This document shows positions 41,973 through 54,335 of a stretch of 64,000 nt of DNA, in pieces (position 1 is the stretch's first letter; each line of letters opens with the position of its first letter). A program made the position numbers and the translations under genes. The stretch lies in contig CAWCIZ010000003.1 in assembly GCA_963795855.1 (NCBI GenBank), positions 864,001 to 928,000 on the forward strand, in the 5' to 3' direction. This DNA is from Vulcanimicrobiota bacterium. GTDB taxonomy: Bacteria > Vulcanimicrobiota > Vulcanimicrobiia > Vulcanimicrobiales > Vulcanimicrobiaceae. The notes beneath the pieces were generated by a model. The model saw nothing but the letters and a program-made list of their open reading frames with translations, was not told the origin of the DNA and ran no database searches.

Positions 41973-44202
41973 ATGCGTCTTTTTGCAGTCGGCGCCGTCG
42001 TTGCGCTCACGCTATTAACGCCTGGCGTTGGCCCCAGCGCGGCGGAAAATCCGCTGATGCAACCCAGTACGCTTCCGTTCGGCGCGTTGCCGTTCGACCG
42101 CATCAACGACAGCGATTATTTGCCGGCGATTGAGGCCGGTATGCTGCAGCAAATCAAAGAGGTTGACGCTATCGCGAATAACCCGGCGCGGCCCACTTTC
42201 GATAACACGCTGGTCGCGATGGAGAAATCGGGACGGCTGCTCCATCGCGCGATGGGCGCGTTCACTGTGCAGGTTGAGACCAACAGCGATCCGGCGCTGC
42301 TGCGCGTACGCCAAGCGATCGCGCCGGAGTACGCCGCACATCAAGACGCGATCTACCTCAATCCGAAACTCTTCGCGCGCGTTCAGGCGATTTACGAGAA
42401 CGTCGATCGGCTCAAGCTCGATCCGGAATCGCGCCACCTCGTCGTAACGTATTACCGGCGCTTCCTCCATGCCGGCGCGGATCTTCGCACTGCAAAGCAG
42501 ATGCAGCTGCGGCAAATCAATCAGCGGCTGGCAACGCTGCAGACCGCTTTCGAACGCAAACTCCTTGCCGGGACGGCCGCGGGTGCGCTCATCGTGCGTA
42601 ACAAGAGTCAACTCGCCGGCCTGAGCGACGGTGCCATTGCCGCGGCGCAGCAGGCGGCAACGACAAAGGGCGATCCGGGCGGCTATCTGATTCCGCTGCA
42701 GAATACGACGCAGCAACCGGCGCTCACCCTTCTGCAGGACCGCGCGACACGCCGGGACCTCTTCGAAAATTCATGGACCCGCACCGAGAAGAACGATGCC
42801 GACGACACGCGTTCGACCATCGCGCAGATGGCTAAGCTGCGCGCTGAAAAAGCAGCGTTGCTCGGCTATCCGGATTTTGCAGCGTACCAGCTCACGCAAG
42901 AGATGGCGCAGACGCCGGCGGCCGTTCAGACCTTCCTGCGCGGGCTGATCGGCCCGACGCGCGCCGTGGCTGCGGAAGAAGCCTCGGAGATTCAAGCGCA
43001 GATTGATAAGGACGGCCGGCATTTTCAGCTCGAGCCGTATGACTGGAACTATTATGCGGAGCAGATTCGCAAAGCGAAGTACCACGTCGACGATAACGAA
43101 ATTCGTCCGTATTTCGAATTGAACGATGTGCTGCAGAACGGCCTTTTCTATGCCGCCAATCAGACTCTACGGCATCACGTTCAAAGAGCGCCGGAACATT
43201 CCGGTTTGGCAGCCGGACGTGCGGGTGTTCGAAGTCTTCGACAAGAACGGCGCGCCGCTCGCTTTGATGTACTTCGATTTTTTCAAGCGCGACAATAAAC
43301 AGGGCGGCGCATGGATGAGCTCCTTTGCTGATTACTCGTCGCTGCTCGGCACAAAGCCGGTCGTCTACAACGTCGAGAACATTCCAAAGGGGGCGCCGGG
43401 GCAGCCAACGCTTTTAACGCTCGACAGCGTGAGCGGCATGTTCCATGAATTCGGCCACGCTCTGAACGCGTTTTTCGCCGACGAAAAATATCCGACGCTC
43501 TCCGGCACCGCGAAACCACGTGACTTCGTGGAATTCCCGTCCCAATTCAACGAGCATTGGGCGCTTTATCCCTCGGTACTCCGGCATTATGCCTTCAACT
43601 ACGAGACGCACGCGCCGATGCCGCAAGCGCTTGTGGACAAGATGGAGCGCGCCGCGAAACTCAATGAAGGGTATTCGATGGGTGAGAGCTTGGCGGCCGA
43701 CGAGCTCGACTTGGCGTGGCATTCCCTGCCGGCCGGTGCTCCGGTGCAAGATGTCGACGCCTTTGAAACGCACGCGCTCAGCTCGTCGGGCACGGATTTC
43801 CGCGACGTTCCGCCGCGCTATCGTTCCACGTACTTCGCGCATATTTGGGCAAGCGGTTATGCCGCAGGCTACTACGCGTATATGTGGAGCGAAATGCTCG
43901 ACGACGACGCGTACCAATGGTTCCTCGACCACGGCGGACTTACGCGCGCAAACGGGCAGCGCTTCCGCGATATGATACTCTCGCGCGGAGATTCGCAGGA
44001 CTACGCTCCGATGTTTCGCGCATTCTACGGCAAAGATCCGGATGTTGGTCCGCTGCTGAAATTCCGGGGTTTGCCTTCGCGAACGGCGCACACGCTCGGC
44101 GGAATGGCCTATCCGGTGCTGCCCAAGCCCGCGATCTTACCGCTCGGGTCGAGCACGAACTGCCACGTCAGCGTTTGCCCGCCCGAGAATGTTACGTTGT
44201 AA
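41973..44202 (+). CDS. dcp: M3 family peptidyl-dipeptidase, frameshift near 43160
   Basis: FHEFGHAL, DFVEFPSQFNE, GYAAGYYAYMW. Confidence 0.88.
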
Positions 44203-45456
44203 TTGTAGAGTGTTCCCGTAGCAATCTTGCTGCTTCCCAAATACACGATTTTCGCGATTGTGCCTAGAGGTTTGAGTTGGGCCGCACTCTGTGCCAGAAC
44301 TTCGGGCGTCAGCATCGCATTGACCTGGGGCGTGTACTGCGACCGATCCAACTTGCCTTGAAGCAACGACGAAAGCGCTTGCCGGAAGCGGCGGGTGATT
44401 GCGGAATCCTCGGCGCTTGCGGCGGTTGCCGGTGCAGCGAGGTCCGGAAAGAGCGTGCCGACGACGATGCGGTTTACGCGGTAAGTGCCGAAGTCGAAGG
44501 CATCGCTCAGCACCACCCACGCAACATGTTGCGCCGGAATCAATTCGGTTTCGGTTTCATAACCGGGCACGCCGCCGTGATGGCCCACAAGTTGCAGATT
44601 CTGCCAATGCACCATGTCTACACCCAGGCCCTGCATTCCATTTTGGCTCGAGAGCGGATTCGCTTGCATTTGTTCAAACGTTGCCGGCGTAAGCAGTTTG
44701 CCGTTCAGCAAAGCGATGTCGAAGCGTACGAGATCCGCGGCCGTCGATACGATGTCGCCGCAGCCGAAAAGCCACGTCGGATCGTACGCGGGAGCGCTCT
44801 TGCCGGTTGCGCTCATGTAGCCGGGAGCGACCGGAATACCGGCGCCGGGATTTCCCATTGTCGTCTGCGTCATGCCGGCGGGCTCGAAGATGTACCGGCG
44901 GTCGTACTGCGCGAGCGGTTCGCCGCTGACGCGTTCGACAATCAGGCCCAGAACGACGTAGCCGGTGTTGCTATAGGCCCATTTCGTTCCCGGCGCCGAC
45001 GTCAGCGGACGCTTTGCCGCCATTGCGAGGATGGCTTGCGGCGTGGTCGGGCGGGACACGATGCCGTTCTGGAACGCATAGTCGGCGTAGTTCCACAAGC
45101 CCGATGTGTGCCGCAAAAGTTCGCGCACCGTGATCAGTTTCGCATACGGCGCGTTTGAAAGGTACGTTGCGACCGGCGCATCGAGGGCGATGCGATGCTG
45201 CTGCACGAGTTGCATGATCGCAACCGCGGTGAACATCTTTGTGATGGAAGCAATGGGAAACCGCGTGTCGGCGGAAGCTTCGCCGAAGCTGACGATCGTA
45301 CACGATGCGCCCGTCGCGCGAGACCGCGACCTGCAGGGCTCTGGTCTGAAGCGGCTGATTCCCGACCAGGTGCACCAGCTGCGCATCCAGCGATGTACTC
45401 GACGGCGCCGGCGACGCGGCCGAAACCGCCGCTGCAAGTAAGAGTCCGTGGATCAT
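44109..45456 (-). CDS. Serine hydrolase, beta-lactamase-like family, frameshift near 45295
   Basis: SITK, YSN, HHG; signal peptide in ORF 44971-45456. Confidence 0.87.
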
Positions 45457-45474
45457 CCAGCCTAAACGCCTTTT

Positions 45475-47471
45475 CTAACCGCGCACCGGCAAAGCCGTCG
45501 GCTTCGGATGGGGCCGAGATTTCTCAACCGGGCGCAATGCAGGCTTTGCTACCGTAGCAGCTTTCGGCGCGGGCCTAGCGACGGGTGCAGCGGGATGCAC
45601 GACCGGTTTCGCGAGCGGTGCAACGGGATGCACGACGGGTTTCGCGAGCGGTGCAACGTGATGCACGACCGGTTTCGCGAGCGGTGCAACGTGATGCACG
45701 ACCGGCTTCGCGAGCGGTGCGACGTGATGCACGACCGGCTTCGCGAGCGGTGCAACGTGATGCACGACCGGTTTCGCGAGCGGTGCATTGCGATGCACGA
45801 CCGGCTTTGCAACAGATGCATTGCGATGCACGACCGGCTTTGCAACAGATGCATTGCGATGCACGACCGGTTTAATCGCTGTTATGTGGATCGGTGCGCG
45901 TTTCACGGCGCGATAAACCGGGTGCGCGGCGGGCGCGCGACGCGCTGGGAGGGAAACGATCTTGGGACGTACGCGGGCGATCGATCGGATTTGGGTCTGT
46001 TGCTTCTGGAACGAAATACGTCTGACGTCAGGCGCCTTTGCTGCCAACCGAGGTGCAGCAAACGTACGGGAAAGCACGATAGGATGCCTTACGGCTCTCG
46101 CCGATACGTAATGCAGATTTGCCGAAGTCGGAACAACCGGAACCGAGCCGCGAAGGAGTACGATTCGCCTGGCCTGTTGTGGACGCAGAACGACGCGACG
46201 CCTGAAACTGCCGCTGCGCCACGCGCTCAGCGGAACCATAGTTGCGCCGCCGTAATACCGAGCGTTCGTGTAGTAGTTGTAAACGTTCGTGATGTTCGTG
46301 GCGCCTGACAGGCCGGTCGGCGGATACGAATAGTTCTGCCCGTACCAAGGCTGATATTGCTCGCCCGGTGCAAGCGGAATCCAACCGATGTCGGCATTGC
46401 TCGAATTGCCGAGAAAACCGCTCAGGCCCCCCAAAAGATTTCCGACATTGCCTAAAGAACCGCCGTTGCCGCCGCTCAAGAAAAATGAAACGACCGCGGG
46501 CAGCCACGCCGAGGCGAGGCTCGCCGATGAGTTCTGATATTGATATGCCGGAGGCTGCCAGAGCCACCCGCCATAGTTTGAATTATTGAACCACGAGCCG
46601 TAGTGCGAGGTCGTATAGCCGTAGGGAGCGTTATCGACCCACGTGTAGCCGTATCCCGGTTCCCACACCCATTGCCCGTTCTGATACGGTGCGAAGTTCG
46701 TTTGGCTTTGATTATTCGGAGCCCACGCGTATCCGTATCCCGGCACGTTTTGCCACTGTCCGTAATTTGCTAGGTTTGCGTAACCGGCAAGCTGCGGCGA
46801 GATATACGGATTTGCGTTATAAGCTGAGACCGTCGCTTGATCCCGCGAGATATTGAATTGATCGAACGAATCCATTCCAATCGCGTTTTGCAGCCCGACC
46901 GAAGAACCGTTCGCCACCAGCGTGCTGCCGGGTGTGAGCGTCTGCGAACCGTTGGCAGTAGCGATTGTCGCTGCTCCGCTGCGTACGGTTACGAGTGTCT
47001 CGCCGTTACTCAGTACCGTAATGCGGTAGTCGCCGCTTTGATTCGGCCGAACGGATAACGCGGGCGTATCGATTTGGGGATTGCCGTCCGCACCTTGCAG
47101 TTCCGCAAGATCGACGGTGCCCGCCGCGCAGCTGCGCCTCGCGCGAACTCGGGATTGAGGTTGATGAGCCGGACTTGCGTGTTGTTCGCTAGCCGCAGCA
47201 TCGAGATGCCGTCGAATTGCACCTCTGCATCGGAACCCGGCCCTGTAGCGATGTAATCGCCCGGAACCAGGACCGCGTTCGTTGCAGCGGCCACTTGCGC
47301 ACCGCTGTCGCCGCGAATGATGACGACGTTGCCGGAGGCGAGGCTCACGCTCGCTACACCGGGAGCACCCGAACTAAACGTTTGCGCGCTTGCCGGCATT
47401 GCGTCGCCCAAGATGCCGGCCAACGCCACGCCCGCCACCGATACGGAGAGAATCTTTTGAAACGATTGCAT
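45475..47471 (-). CDS. FecR + DUF6600 secreted protein, frameshifted near 47110-47150
   Basis: PGDYIATG..AEVQFD FecR; YGQW..VPGYGYAW, APY..GQWVW, HYGSW, IGWIPLAPGE. Confidence 0.8.
45595..45870 (-). repeat. 33-bp coding tandem repeat (~8 copies)
   Basis: KPVVH(HV/RN/PV)A(PL/SV)A 11-aa units. Confidence 0.9.
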
Positions 47472-47491
47472 TGTGGTTGCCCTCGATGAGG

Positions 47492-47518
47492 CAACGCGAA
47501 ACGCCGCTCAGGCGTTCC
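47492..47518 (-). promoter_or_regulatory. Candidate ECF promoter
   Basis: GGAAC-N17-CGTTG upstream of the DUF6600 gene. Confidence 0.45.
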
Positions 47519-47554
47519 GCGCAACGCAAGAGGACCACACGATCCCTTGGTTCG

Positions 47555-48424
47555 TCAACTCAAATAAGCGTGAAACCACGCGAGCGTGCGGCGCCAGGCG
47601 TTGGACGCCGCGCTTGCAACGTACGATTCCCGTGTATCGTCGAAGAAAGCGTGACCCGCTTCGTCGTAGATTTTCAAGTCGTGCGGCGGCGTTACATGCG
47701 AGAAAAAAGCCGTCACGTCGCGCGGAGAAATCGAAGTGTCGCGTGCGCCGTAACTGCCCAGCAGCGGCGTCTTGATTGCATTCGCTTGGTCGAGGATAGG
47801 CTCGACTGCGCCGTAAAATGGCGCGGCTGCTGCGAAAATGCTCGTTGCGACGACTTCTTTGAGCACGATGCCGCCGCCCATGCAAAACCCGGTAATGCCG
47901 ATTTTTGCCTTGAATGATTGCGCGGCGATCCAATCGTGCGCGGCGGCGACATCGGTCGGCACGAATCCCTGCTCGTTCATCTGTTGCGCGAGCGGACGAA
48001 ACGCCGAGATATCGGTTGCGCCGTCACCGTTCGCGGGGTTGAGACGGCTGTACAATGCCGGCGCAATCGCGATGTAACCCGCCTTCGCGAAGCGGCGCAC
48101 GACGTCGCGCAGTTGCGAGTCGACGCCCCAAATCGCTTGAATTACGACGACGCCGGGGTTTGCGGCATGCTTCGAACGGGGCTCCGCGGCGTAGGCCTGG
48201 ATCGGTCCGCCCGCAGCTGGATGCAACTGCGGGCGCGACGCGGAGATATCTGGATCGTCTTCGGGCACGACCGGCGGATGCGGTTTGCCGTACTCCTGAC
48301 CTTGCGCGAGTGCGGGATGGCCAAGCCCCGCAGCCAGCGCCGACGCGGCAACCGCGAATCCGCGCCGCGAGATCGCGGCTGCAGTGGAACGTTGCGGGTC
48401 GACGACAGGGTCACTCATTGCCAA
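47555..48424 (-). CDS. Dienelactone hydrolase family protein, Tat-like signal
   Basis: SRRGF signal, GFCMGG, AGHAF. Confidence 0.9.
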   Translation of the reverse strand: MAMSDPVVDPQRSTAAAISRRGFAVAASALAAGLGHPALAQGQEYGKPHPPVVPEDDPDISASRPQLHPAAGGPIQAYAAEPRSKHAANPGVVVIQAIWGVDSQLRDVVRRFAKAGYIAIAPALYSRLNPANGDGATDISAFRPLAQQMNEQGFVPTDVAAAHDWIAAQSFKAKIGITGFCMGGGIVLKEVVATSIFAAAAPFYGAVEPILDQANAIKTPLLGSYGARDTSISPRDVTAFFSHVTPPHDLKIYDEAGHAFFDDTRESYVASAASNAWRRTLAWFHAYLS

Positions 48425-48442
48425 CCCTATTGCGCCGTCGCC

Positions 48443-50567
48443 TTACGTCCCCTTCTCGCCGCCTGCGTAGAAGATGATCTTGAAAATCGCTTGGGGGACG
48501 GTAATGAGCGTATTCGGGTCGCCGTAGGCGAAATAGAACTCTTCCTGCCTCAGGCGCAAGTGATAGGCGACTGAGATATTCGAGCAGACGCCCTCGCAAT
48601 TGCCGCCGCCGTTGGGCTGAGGCGGGAAGCCGATGACGCGGCGCAGACCGACCGCGAACGACGAGTTCGGCCCGAGCTGATACGCGTATGAAGCGCCGTC
48701 GAACCATTGAATATTCGATGCCGCGCCCGGAAAATACTGAGCGGTGTCGTCCAGCGTCAGGGTTACGTAGCCCCGTTCTCCCAGGCGCATAGTTGAACTG
48801 CGGAACCAGGTATCCAAACGGCCCGCGCCATAGCGCCCGGTATTGAAGGCAATCGTTGTGGGCGTAGACGACGATCCGTGCGTCGGGAAGTTGTTGATGT
48901 TATTCTGCATGCCGCTGTGGTAAGTGATCGATGCGCCGGCATTTTGCGAAATCGGTGTGACCACGCCGTCGAACGGCGATCCCGCTGTTATTCCGGAGCT
49001 GGGGAGGCGCGAACTAAAGAGCCAGTAATTCGATCCGGTCGAGAGTTGCACGTCGATCGTGCTCTTCGTGAGAAAATCGATCAGAGCGAAGTTGTCGCTT
49101 TGGCCGATTCCGCCCGGAATACCGTTGTACGTGGTGCTCTTGTAGCGGTCGACCTCGCCGTCAATGCCGACCGACGAGAGGAAATCGTTCGGCGAGAACG
49201 TCCAGATCCGCGCTGAATAAACGGCGTATCCGGCAATTCCCGGATGCGAATTGAATCCGTCTACGGGATTGAACAGAGCGCCGGTTTTCCGCACCGATCC
49301 GTAGAGCGCGAAATGCTGGTTCGACCATCCGCCGCCGGCGTCGATCCACCCGGCTTCAGCCCCGTCAGTAACGGCCGTTCCGGATTCGCGCGCATAATTT
49401 GCGTACAAAGAAAGGTGCTTGCCGTTGTACCAGCTCACGCCTATTTGATTCGAGTCATCGACTAACCCGGGCAGATTGGCGCTCACGTGCTGCAGCGAAC
49501 CTCTCCAATGATTGTCCGTCGAGGTATAGTCGATCGCACTCGCCGCATCGCTACGTCCCACGCGGATCGCGTCGAACGCCGCAAACCCGAAATTACCGTT
49601 GCGGCCTTCAAAGGCATAGCCTTCGCGGGGCGTCGGAATTGCGGGCGTGTAGAGCGTCGTTCGGAAGCCATTGCAAACGTCGCAGTCGAAATTGCCGTAA
49701 TACGCGCTGGCTTGCGTAAAGAACGGCCGCACCTCGCTAAAGATGCGCTGATATACTGTGGGCGAAATTGACTGCTGGTCGAGTTCGACGTTGGAATAAT
49801 CGGGATGGAACGTTCCAAAAAATGCGGCGGTCTGCGTCACGGGAATCGAAAAATCGAGCCCCGTGCGTGAGGTAGAACCGCCGATGGAGGGCGCGCCCGC
49901 AATGCCGAGCGCGTACGGTGCGATGCGCGGTTTCGGAACGGGCGCACGTGCCACGACCGGAACGGAAACCGAGGCAGCTCGCGCCGCATCGTCGGGGTTC
50001 GTTTGCGCGCCGTCGTACGACCACACGTTGAGTTCGCCGGTGGAGCGCACATAGCGCACGAACTGCATGCGCCACGTCCCGGCGTGCGCTCCGTGAACGA
50101 CGCTCATCGGAATCGCCATCGTCACCGTGTAGCCGGCGCCTTCAATCGCGCCGCTCGACCGCCAGTCTGGTGCAAAGGCGGAATTTTCGGAAGACGCTTC
50201 GTTGTGTGCGCCGATCGGGTTGGATTCGAACTCGTACTGAAATCCGCCCGGACCGGTTGGCCAAAGATCCACCCAGACGGCGTCGTCGGGCCAAGCGATT
50301 CCCCCGTTGATGTTGCTGCCGCCTGCGACCAAGTCGTTGCTGTGCTGTGAGGCGATTACCGGCTCGTGCTGCACCGCATCGAACCGAACGTAAAGGTACT
50401 TTCCGTCGGTCGTAATGTGAACGGTCGTGGGGTCCGTCGCCGCATGCGCCGTGGGCGACGTCCCATTGCAGGGTTATAGGCGCAGTCTGGGTCCAGGCTG
50501 TGGAGGCAGTCGTCGGGGCAAGCGGCGGCGCCGCCTGAACCATGGGAACGCTCAGATTGGCAAGCAT
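48443..50567 (-). CDS. Sugar-binding (CBM9-like)/DUF5916-type protein, frameshift near 50445
   Basis: DDAVWVDLW, FESNPIG, PDYSNVELD, EVRPFF; aromatic beta-strand C-terminus. Confidence 0.65.
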
Positions 50568-50591
50568 AGGTATCTCCTAATTCCTTAAGAG

Positions 50592-50620
50592 ATACTAGCA
50601 GCGGCCTGAGATTGTGTCAA
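50592..50620 (-). promoter_or_regulatory. Sigma70 promoter
   Basis: TTGACA-N17-TAGTAT with AT-rich upstream sequence. Confidence 0.65.
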
Positions 50621-50705
50621 CTAATATTTTAGTTTAAGGGCGGTCCCGGCGGCAGCGCCGCCTCCTGCAGCCCCAAATAGAAAGGTACGCGGAATACGCG
50701 TACCT

Positions 50706-51200
50706 TTATGCTAGCCTGCTGCGGCGACAGGCGGCTTTGAAGTCGGGTTTGGTTGCCGACATCGTGTTGTATCCCGTGTACGTAAACATGTTGTTGTTGT
50801 TGCGCACGGTTTGGCCGTGACCCAGTTTGCCGCTTGAAACCCACATGTCACGAGAAGTTTCAACGTTGCCGCTCATCGTCCACATGCCGGTAAACGACGA
50901 CGGATCGTTCGAAACGCCCGCCGAGATGTAGCGATTGTTCTTGCCGTCATACGTCGTAGAAGTCGTACTCACGTACGCCGTTTTCATACTCCCTTGCTTC
51001 GGCGCCTGAATCGTTTGATGCAGAACTCCAGAATCAAACGTGTACGTAATCGTTGCCTTCTGGTTTTGGTGTCCCGGCGGCCCGCCCGTACACGACCACG
51101 TGCCGACGTAGTATTGCAGAGCGGAGGTTCCGGAGCTTGACTGCGCCGCCGCCGGAACTGCGGCGATGGCGAAAAGTGCAAGAAACGCCAGAGTTTTCAT
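50706..51200 (-). CDS. Secreted hypothetical protein
   Basis: Signal peptide, LQYYVGTWSC beta-barrel-type start. Confidence 0.7.
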   Translation of the reverse strand: MKTLAFLALFAIAAVPAAAQSSSGTSALQYYVGTWSCTGGPPGHQNQKATITYTFDSGVLHQTIQAPKQGSMKTAYVSTTSTTYDGKNNRYISAGVSNDPSSFTGMWTMSGNVETSRDMWVSSGKLGHGQTVRNNNNMFTYTGYNTMSATKPDFKAACRRSRLA

Positions 51201-51485
51201 TCGAAATCCCTACCTTTCCGACTTGCACGTTCGGCGGTTGTCAGCCGCTTCCGCCGTGACATTCGGACCTGCAATTTGTGGCAGCCGGGCGAGCGTGGGC
51301 ACGCCACCGCACGTTCGCAGTTACTTTCAGCGCGCACGTTGCAAGGGCGCAGGCGCCGCACTATCGCGTTCAAGCAATTGCCGCGGCCAATCTTCTGTGT
51401 GCGTATGCCGTGAACACGCTAGCGCCCGTTCTTCAGACTTTTTTTAGGCATCTCGCCGAAAGTTGAGTTCGAGGAGGCCGATCCA

Positions 51486-51629
51486 ATGACTGAGTGCGAT
51501 ATATTGAAAATTAGTCAACGGCTTTGCGAGCGCGGGTTTCTGAGGTGCGTCGGAATCGACGACGGGCTGCCAAGATACGAGCTCACGATAGCCGGACGCC
51601 TCGCACTGCTGCGCTCCGCCGGAGGCTAA
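51486..51629 (+). CDS. 47-aa small protein, winged-helix wing-like
   Basis: GAGGAGG RBS; MTECDILKISQRLCERGFLRCVGIDDGLPRYELTIAGRLALLRSAGG. Confidence 0.5.
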   Translation: MTECDILKISQRLCERGFLRCVGIDDGLPRYELTIAGRLALLRSAGG

Positions 51630-52081
51630 AGACGCAAACGGCGTCTGGCTGAGAACATCGCGCCGAGTGCCGGTTGAATCGGTGCGAAAGCGGAGAGACC
51701 AATGTTTTTGTGGACGTCGTCGTAAATCGCTTCGATCCCGCCCCGCATGAAATACGTCTCGTGCCAGAATCCGGTACCGCCGGAATCCTTCACGAAGTTT
51801 TGCCACCAGATTTGGTGCGGTTCGCTTCGCGCCCATCGCTCCAACGAATCGAAATCGCGCCAATACTGGCGCATGCCGGCGTGCGGCGGAAAGAGCGAAA
51901 ACAAAAGGTTTTCGTGCAAAAGTAATCCGTTCGGCCTTTGCGCCACGCTGTTTTGAATCTTCGGGCCGAATCCGAAAAGCGTTTTCAAGCCCGCCCACGT
52001 GCGCACGCGCATTCCGAGATAGATCACTACGAGATCGGGATATGCCGATAGATCGACGGTCAAGCGTTGAACCGGTGGCAT
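51626..52081 (-). CDS. DUF4188 (heme/monooxygenase-like) protein
   Basis: LVVIYLGMR, QYWRDFDSLERWA..PH..WW, GFWHETY. Confidence 0.85.
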   Translation of the reverse strand: MPPVQRLTVDLSAYPDLVVIYLGMRVRTWAGLKTLFGFGPKIQNSVAQRPNGLLLHENLLFSLFPPHAGMRQYWRDFDSLERWARSEPHQIWWQNFVKDSGGTGFWHETYFMRGGIEAIYDDVHKNIGLSAFAPIQPALGAMFSARRRLRL

Positions 52082-52093
52082 AGCATGCTCTCC

Positions 52094-54233
52094 TCATTGA
52101 CCTGGGTGGTACACGCGCTCGGTATGCCCGCGCAACTCGTCGGGATAAAAGTACACTTCGCGCAGGTTGCCGCTCGCATAACGCGCGGCTTCGTCATCGA
52201 AATGCGGCGAGTCCGGATGTCCGCTCTCGCCGCCGGCAGTGACCGCAACTGCGCGCACGCGTTTACCGAACTCGACGATCGCAACGAAACTATTCCCGTC
52301 GGTTCCGTACCAACGTTTGGTGTTGCGTCCGGCGCCGCGTAAAACGCGGCGAGCGAGCCCCAAGTTCCCGCAACGAACGGCACCGGAATGCTGGCTTTGC
52401 GATCGTCGAAGTGCGGCGTTATGCTGTCGTCGAGACGTTGAAAACGGTTGATCTTACCCCACCGCGTTTGCCACGTTCCGAAATCCGCGGTCAAGCGATC
52501 CACCGCCGCTGCAAGCGCCGCGAGTTTCGCGCTATCGGCCGTTGCAAGCAGTGCGGCGCGCTTGCTGGTGCCTGCGGCTTTCGCGAGCCGGTTCGCCCAA
52601 AAGATCGCGATCGAGGTCGCGACGGAGTCTGATCCCCAGCGATCGTTCCAATGGCGAAGTACGGCCATCGGGCCGCGCAGTTTTGTTTTGAGCGGATCGC
52701 TCGACGGGACTTTGTCATATGCCTGTGCGAGCGATGGGACGAGGACTGCGAACAGCGGCAAATGCGGATCGAATGCATCGCGGAGCAGCCGCTCGAGCGT
52801 AAATGCGCCTGCGTTTTCAAGCAGCATCCGCGCATGAATGCCGCGCTCGTTTTCGCCCGCCGTATCCATGTAGCGCGCGAACGCGCTTCGTTTCGGGCTG
52901 TCGGGCCCCGCAGCGGAGTATGGCCAGTCGTTCGAGTTGAAGACCCATCCCGTCGCGGGATTGAGTACGTGCGGGTCGGCGTCGAGCGGAAGCACCCCGT
53001 GCCAATCGGTAGCGGGGTTGGACCCGTCTACCGGCTTCGTATAATCGAAGCGATCGTCGCGCCGTGGAATGAACTGCGGATGCATGTACGCAATTTCGCC
53101 CTTGTCGTCCGCGAAGATCGTGTTGTTCGACGAATTCGCCTCGAGCTCCGCGATGCGCTTGTAGGATGCGAAATCCACGGCCTTCGTTCGCAAGTACGAT
53201 TGCTCGAGCGCGCGAATAGGCCGGAACATCAGCGCTTCCGCGATCCATTTTCCATTTTTTGCCGCAACGATAGGCCCGTGGTGCGTGCGATAGACGGTGA
53301 ACGCCTTCGACGCCATGCCGCTCGGTACGCGATACCGTATCGACACTGACGACACGGTAACCGATCGTAGATCCGTCCCGTAGCGGTAATACAATTTGCC
53401 GTTTTTACGGACGATCGTTTCGGCAAATTGATCGACCACGTCTGCGCCCGTCGACGTATGCATCCAGCCGATATGACGGTTGAAACCTTGATAGATGAAG
53501 AACTGGCCCCATGTGACTGCGCCGTATGCATCCAGCCCTTCGTCGCTGCTCATCTGCAGTTCCGAACGAAAGTAAAACGACGTGTGCGGATTGATCAGAA
53601 GCAGGGTGTGATGGTTCGCGGTCTTTGCCGGTGCGATGGCGATGCCGTTGGAGCCCTGCGCATCCGGAACCGGAGCATTGGGATTTTGCGAATGCGAGCG
53701 CATCCCGATGCCGGCGCCGCCGTAAAAGGCGCGTAAATCATCGAGCGATACGTCCTCGATATCTCCGCCGATGCTTCCTTCGGTGAAGCTGAGCGCCATC
53801 CAGGGTTTGAAATGCGTGATCACTCGCGGGTGAACCGACGGATGCGTTTGAAGATAATAATTCAGTCCGTCCGCCCACGAGTCCATGAGCCGGCGCAGCC
53901 AGAGCGGGCTTCGCGCGTAACGTGCCTGCAGATCCCGGGGATCGGTCCAAAGGCGCTGGCGCAGATCCTGAAAGATCGCCGATTGCGCCTTGCGCTTCCG
54001 CCATTCGACCGAGCGCGGTAAGGTAATTTGTTTCAACGCGGTTGAAGTCGTCCTCGGCCTGCGCGTACGCCATACCGAAGACGGCATCGGCGTCGGTACG
54101 CCCGTGTACGTGCGCGATACCCCACTCGTCGCGTACGATAGTTACACTGCGAGCTTGGACCGCCGGGTTCGACGGCGTTATCGCCGGGGGAGCAGCCAAG
54201 ACGGCTCGCAAGCAACAGCATCATCAAGCGCAT
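52094..54233 (-). CDS. Penicillin acylase family (S45), several frameshifts
   Basis: RDEWGIAHVHG..FGMAYAQAED, GSNGIAI (Ntn Ser), NPH, GGESG.P.SPHF. Confidence 0.88.
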
Positions 54234-54335
54234 AGCGCACAGATTCGCGCCAGGCGCTCTATCTCAGCCTCTCGGGCCGGCATGCGCTCGTCACAGGCGC
54301 TGTTCGTACGTCGTTGCCTTAGCGAGGTAGCAGCG

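Noticed and set aside
44109..44202. Convergent 94-bp overlap of dcp and the serine hydrolase
   Set aside because: Likely stop-codon loss or a sequencing indel; no evidence of function.
45508..46308. Plus-strand repeat ORFs (MHDRFRERCNV, VQRDARP)
   Set aside because: Shadow frames of the minus-strand 33-bp coding repeat.
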